Source of the DNA: a virus
Lineage: Duplodnaviria > Caudoviricetes
Reading direction: 5' to 3' (one strand)
IMG/VR virus record: IMGVR_UViG_3300005281_000001
Location: 1 to 64,000 of that record
DNA: 64,000 nt
A model generated the notes under the pieces. It was not told the DNA's origin, ran no database searches, and was given only the letters and a program-made list of their open reading frames with translations. The position numbers and the translations under genes are program-made. This document shows positions 61,667-64,000 of the stretch, in pieces (positions within the stretch are counted from its first letter, which is position 1; each line of letters begins with the position of its first letter).

Positions 61667-63283
61667 ATGAAGGAGCTGAAAACCGTGTTAGTTGCGGCCA
61701 TGAACGCGTATCAGGTCGCCAAGCGCAGGCATAAGGAGAACGTCAAGAACCAGCACACCGCGGCGAAGGGCGCGAACGGCGAGAAGACGTACTTCCGGGC
61801 TTCCGAGCTGGGCAACGGCGACCGCAAGATCGTTTACTCTTTCTTCGCACACCAACTTCCGAAGGTGGAAAAGAGCGCGAAGAATTTGCGGCAGCTCGAA
61901 AATGGCGACTACGTACACGAGCGGTATCAAAAGGCATGGGAGGAAATGGGCGTCCTGCTGTCTAAAGAGCAGCGTGTGTCGTCCCGGGATGACGAATGGC
62001 TGTCGCAGTTTCCGTGGGAGTGGGCAGGACACTACGACGGCGAGCTCGACCTGAACATCCTCCGCGCGTTTGCGCTGGGCAAGGCGCATGTGGATTCGGT
62101 CTTTAACGAGGAAGCAAACGAATGGGAAATCGTCGTGGACATCGACGATGATTACGCAACCGAGATCGGCCTGTTCCTGCAGGATCAGCCCGGCGTACTC
62201 AATCCCGACTATCAGCCGTTGCGTATGGTCGCAGACATCAAGACGATTAATCCGTGGGGCTTCAAAGCGATCAAAGAGAACCGGGATGTAAGCGGCGTGA
62301 CTGGATACATCGACCAGATCATGGGCTACATGTGGATGCTGAAGACGCCGTATGGGTCCATCTTCTTCGAGTCGAAGGACAACAACGATGTTGTCGAGGT
62401 TCAGATTCTGTGGGAAGACTTCTACGAAGGCGTGACACTCGACTTCACGGAAGATGTTCACGGGCCGCAGGGACCGGATGTTGTGCGTATCCGCGTCAAC
62501 TGGGCGCGCATGCTGGGCGACGATACGCAAGAAGGCATTGTGCCGCGGCTTTCTCGCCTGCACGAGATCACGGAAGCACTGAAGCAGGCGGACGCTGCCG
62601 GCGACATGGAGGCGATTGCACAACTGATGCCGCCGCGGTGCGCAGACGATCCGAAGAAATTTCCGTGCTCGTGGGGCCACAAGTCCGGTGAGGTTCAATA
62701 TTGCGAATACTATGATCACTGCTGGAACGCGGAGCATAACGGTCTGGCCGTGCGGGAGAAGCCGGCGGTTGAGCCGATCCCGCCGGAAGCAATCTGGACC
62801 TTCACGGACGGCGATACCGGCGCCGAAATCCTTATCGACAGCCGGAAAGTTCCGCAGGGATTGACCTACGACACGTTCCTGCAACTGGTGCAGATGGGCG
62901 CGCTGAATTACGAGCAGTTCGTGATTGATCCGCAAGTTGCTGAGCAGGCCGTCGCAGCGGCATCTTCCGAAGCTGTTCAGCAGATGACGCCTTCGCAACA
63001 GATGACGGCCGCGACGCTGTCGCAGCAAATGCAGGAGGCGGCCGAGCGGGCCATGAAAGGCGCAAAAGACCTATTCATGCATGATGGGACGCTGAAGGTC
63101 GAAGGTTTTGGCGGCGTCGGCCAGCCGCCGGCGGAAGCTCAGGAGTACATCGACGACGCAAGCGGAGACAAGGCCATCAATTGCACGAACTGCGGCGCGA
63201 AGAACACGTACAAGCGGCTGGGCAACGGCAACACGAAAAAGTGCAGCACGTGCGGCCATATCAACCGCGTAACGCGACTGTAA
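61667..63283 (+). CDS. PD-(D/E)xK (Cas4/RecB-like) nuclease with C-terminal Zn ribbon
   Basis: GDYVHE, GHYDG, ADIKT, QIMGY, Cys cluster C..CEYYDHC, CTNC..CSTC. Confidence 0.8.
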   Translation: MKELKTVLVAAMNAYQVAKRRHKENVKNQHTAAKGANGEKTYFRASELGNGDRKIVYSFFAHQLPKVEKSAKNLRQLENGDYVHERYQKAWEEMGVLLSKEQRVSSRDDEWLSQFPWEWAGHYDGELDLNILRAFALGKAHVDSVFNEEANEWEIVVDIDDDYATEIGLFLQDQPGVLNPDYQPLRMVADIKTINPWGFKAIKENRDVSGVTGYIDQIMGYMWMLKTPYGSIFFESKDNNDVVEVQILWEDFYEGVTLDFTEDVHGPQGPDVVRIRVNWARMLGDDTQEGIVPRLSRLHEITEALKQADAAGDMEAIAQLMPPRCADDPKKFPCSWGHKSGEVQYCEYYDHCWNAEHNGLAVREKPAVEPIPPEAIWTFTDGDTGAEILIDSRKVPQGLTYDTFLQLVQMGALNYEQFVIDPQVAEQAVAAASSEAVQQMTPSQQMTAATLSQQMQEAAERAMKGAKDLFMHDGTLKVEGFGGVGQPPAEAQEYIDDASGDKAINCTNCGAKNTYKRLGNGNTKKCSTCGHINRVTRL

Positions 63284-63344
63284 GATGTATGGGAGGACTT
63301 CCGAAGTGAAGTCCTCTCTTATTCCACACAGGGAGGAATTACGG

Positions 63345-63629
63345 ATGAAGCAGGTAACGGGAATCCGCGTGACCGCGTACACGAACGCAAATGAGCTGCT
63401 GAGTGCTCGAGATGGAAAGGGCAGCGTCCTGATTGCTTACACAAGCCGGTCTCTCGACAATCCGATTGAAATCAGCGCGGTTTTGGAGGCTTGCGACTTT
63501 GTCGGCGGCGAAATCCGAATCAACATTGCGAAAGCCAATATGGAGCTCGCAGAAGCGGCGCAGATGATGGGCGAGCAGTTCGGGAAAGCCATCGAGGCTA
63601 GCATTGGCAGCATCATGGCGAAAAGCTGA
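63345..63629 (+). CDS. Hypothetical protein
   Basis: SD GGGAGG before ATG 63345. Confidence 0.6.
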   Translation: MKQVTGIRVTAYTNANELLSARDGKGSVLIAYTSRSLDNPIEISAVLEACDFVGGEIRINIAKANMELAEAAQMMGEQFGKAIEASIGSIMAKS

Positions 63630-63645
63630 GTCGGAGGTCTGATCC

Positions 63646-64000
63646 ATGCGTGAACTGATGGAGCGCTATGGCTGGGACGAACCGTTCCTGCCGATGAACG
63701 TAAAAAATTCCGGCGAGAAGCTGGAGAAGCTGTTCAAGGACGACAACTATGTGGCGGAGCTGAAGCGCGACGGCAGCCGGTACGTATGTATTGATGGGCG
63801 GTTCTTCAGCCGGAAGCTGTCGGAGAACAAGAAGCAGCCGGAGACCTACGGCATGCCTGTCGAGAAGACCGACAACATCCCGCATCTGGCGGAGTTCTTT
63901 TCCCAGTTCGGTCCCGGCGGGATCATCGTGGATGGAGAGATTTACTACCCGGGCAGAAAGAGCAACACCGTAACCGGCATCATGGGCTGCGATCCATGGA
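63646..64000 (+). CDS. ATP-dependent DNA ligase, runs off the window end
   Basis: SD GGAGGT. Manual translation gives YVAELKRDGSR (KxDG), FFSRK and IVDGEIY. Confidence 0.85.
   Translation, partial: MRELMERYGWDEPFLPMNVKNSGEKLEKLFKDDNYVAELKRDGSRYVCIDGRFFSRKLSENKKQPETYGMPVEKTDNIPHLAEFFSQFGPGGIIVDGEIYYPGRKSNTVTGIMGCDPW

Larger units (their letters stand above)
1252..63306. repeat. Dispersed palindromic motif CTTC(C/G)GAAG, about 79 exact copies
   Basis: Manual scan, e.g. 1252, 3403, 7971, 15246, 22550, 24701, 37031, 42930, 51842, 55318, 59010, 63298; many more one-mismatch copies with the TTCSGAA core. Confidence 0.95.

Noticed and set aside
61667-63283. Cas4-like nuclease as part of a CRISPR-Cas locus
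   Set aside because: No array or other cas genes; stand-alone PD-(D/E)xK nucleases are common in phage recombination modules.
1252-63306. CTTCSGAAG explained by coding for L-x-K cleavage sites or by C(UUCG)G terminator loops
   Set aside because: It occurs in all frames, in non-head genes and intergenic DNA, in both orientations, and mostly without flanking stems.

Overview
All 64 kb read as one co-oriented (+ strand) segment of a large, GC-rich contractile-tailed phage of Bacillota. The SLH-bearing endolysin, IDEAL protein, HU and sigma-A-type promoters point to a Bacillales/Paenibacillaceae-type host (inference). Gene order: portal (5'-truncated), MuF-like head protein, a block of large polyvalent proteins (LPD/metallopeptidase/ParB/ART-like; sigma70-like + SNF2), prohead protease with a nested scaffold, SPO1/Twort-type major capsid protein, neck, sheath/tube, tail chaperones, tape measure with two lytic domains, baseplate, mosaic fibres, lysis genes and HU. 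A symmetric non-coding element at 44.4-44.6 kb precedes a replication/recombination module (SprT-like, SNF2, AEP primase-MCM helicase, DUF4326-PolA, RuvC, dUTPase, PD-(D/E)xK nuclease, 3'-truncated ATP-dependent ligase). The most striking unexplained signals are: (1) the palindrome CTTC(C/G)GAAG repeated about 79 times (manual count) in all reading frames, promoter spacers and intergenic DNA; (2) head-associated polyproteins, including a complete sigma70-like module, punctuated at domain boundaries by the Phi-x-K|[S/A] motif seen at the capsid maturation site; (3) two structured non-coding RNA candidates with anti-Shine-Dalgarno loops; (4) a symmetric element with two 11-6-11 recombinase-like sites. 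All calls are by eye from sequence and motif recall; no database searches were run.
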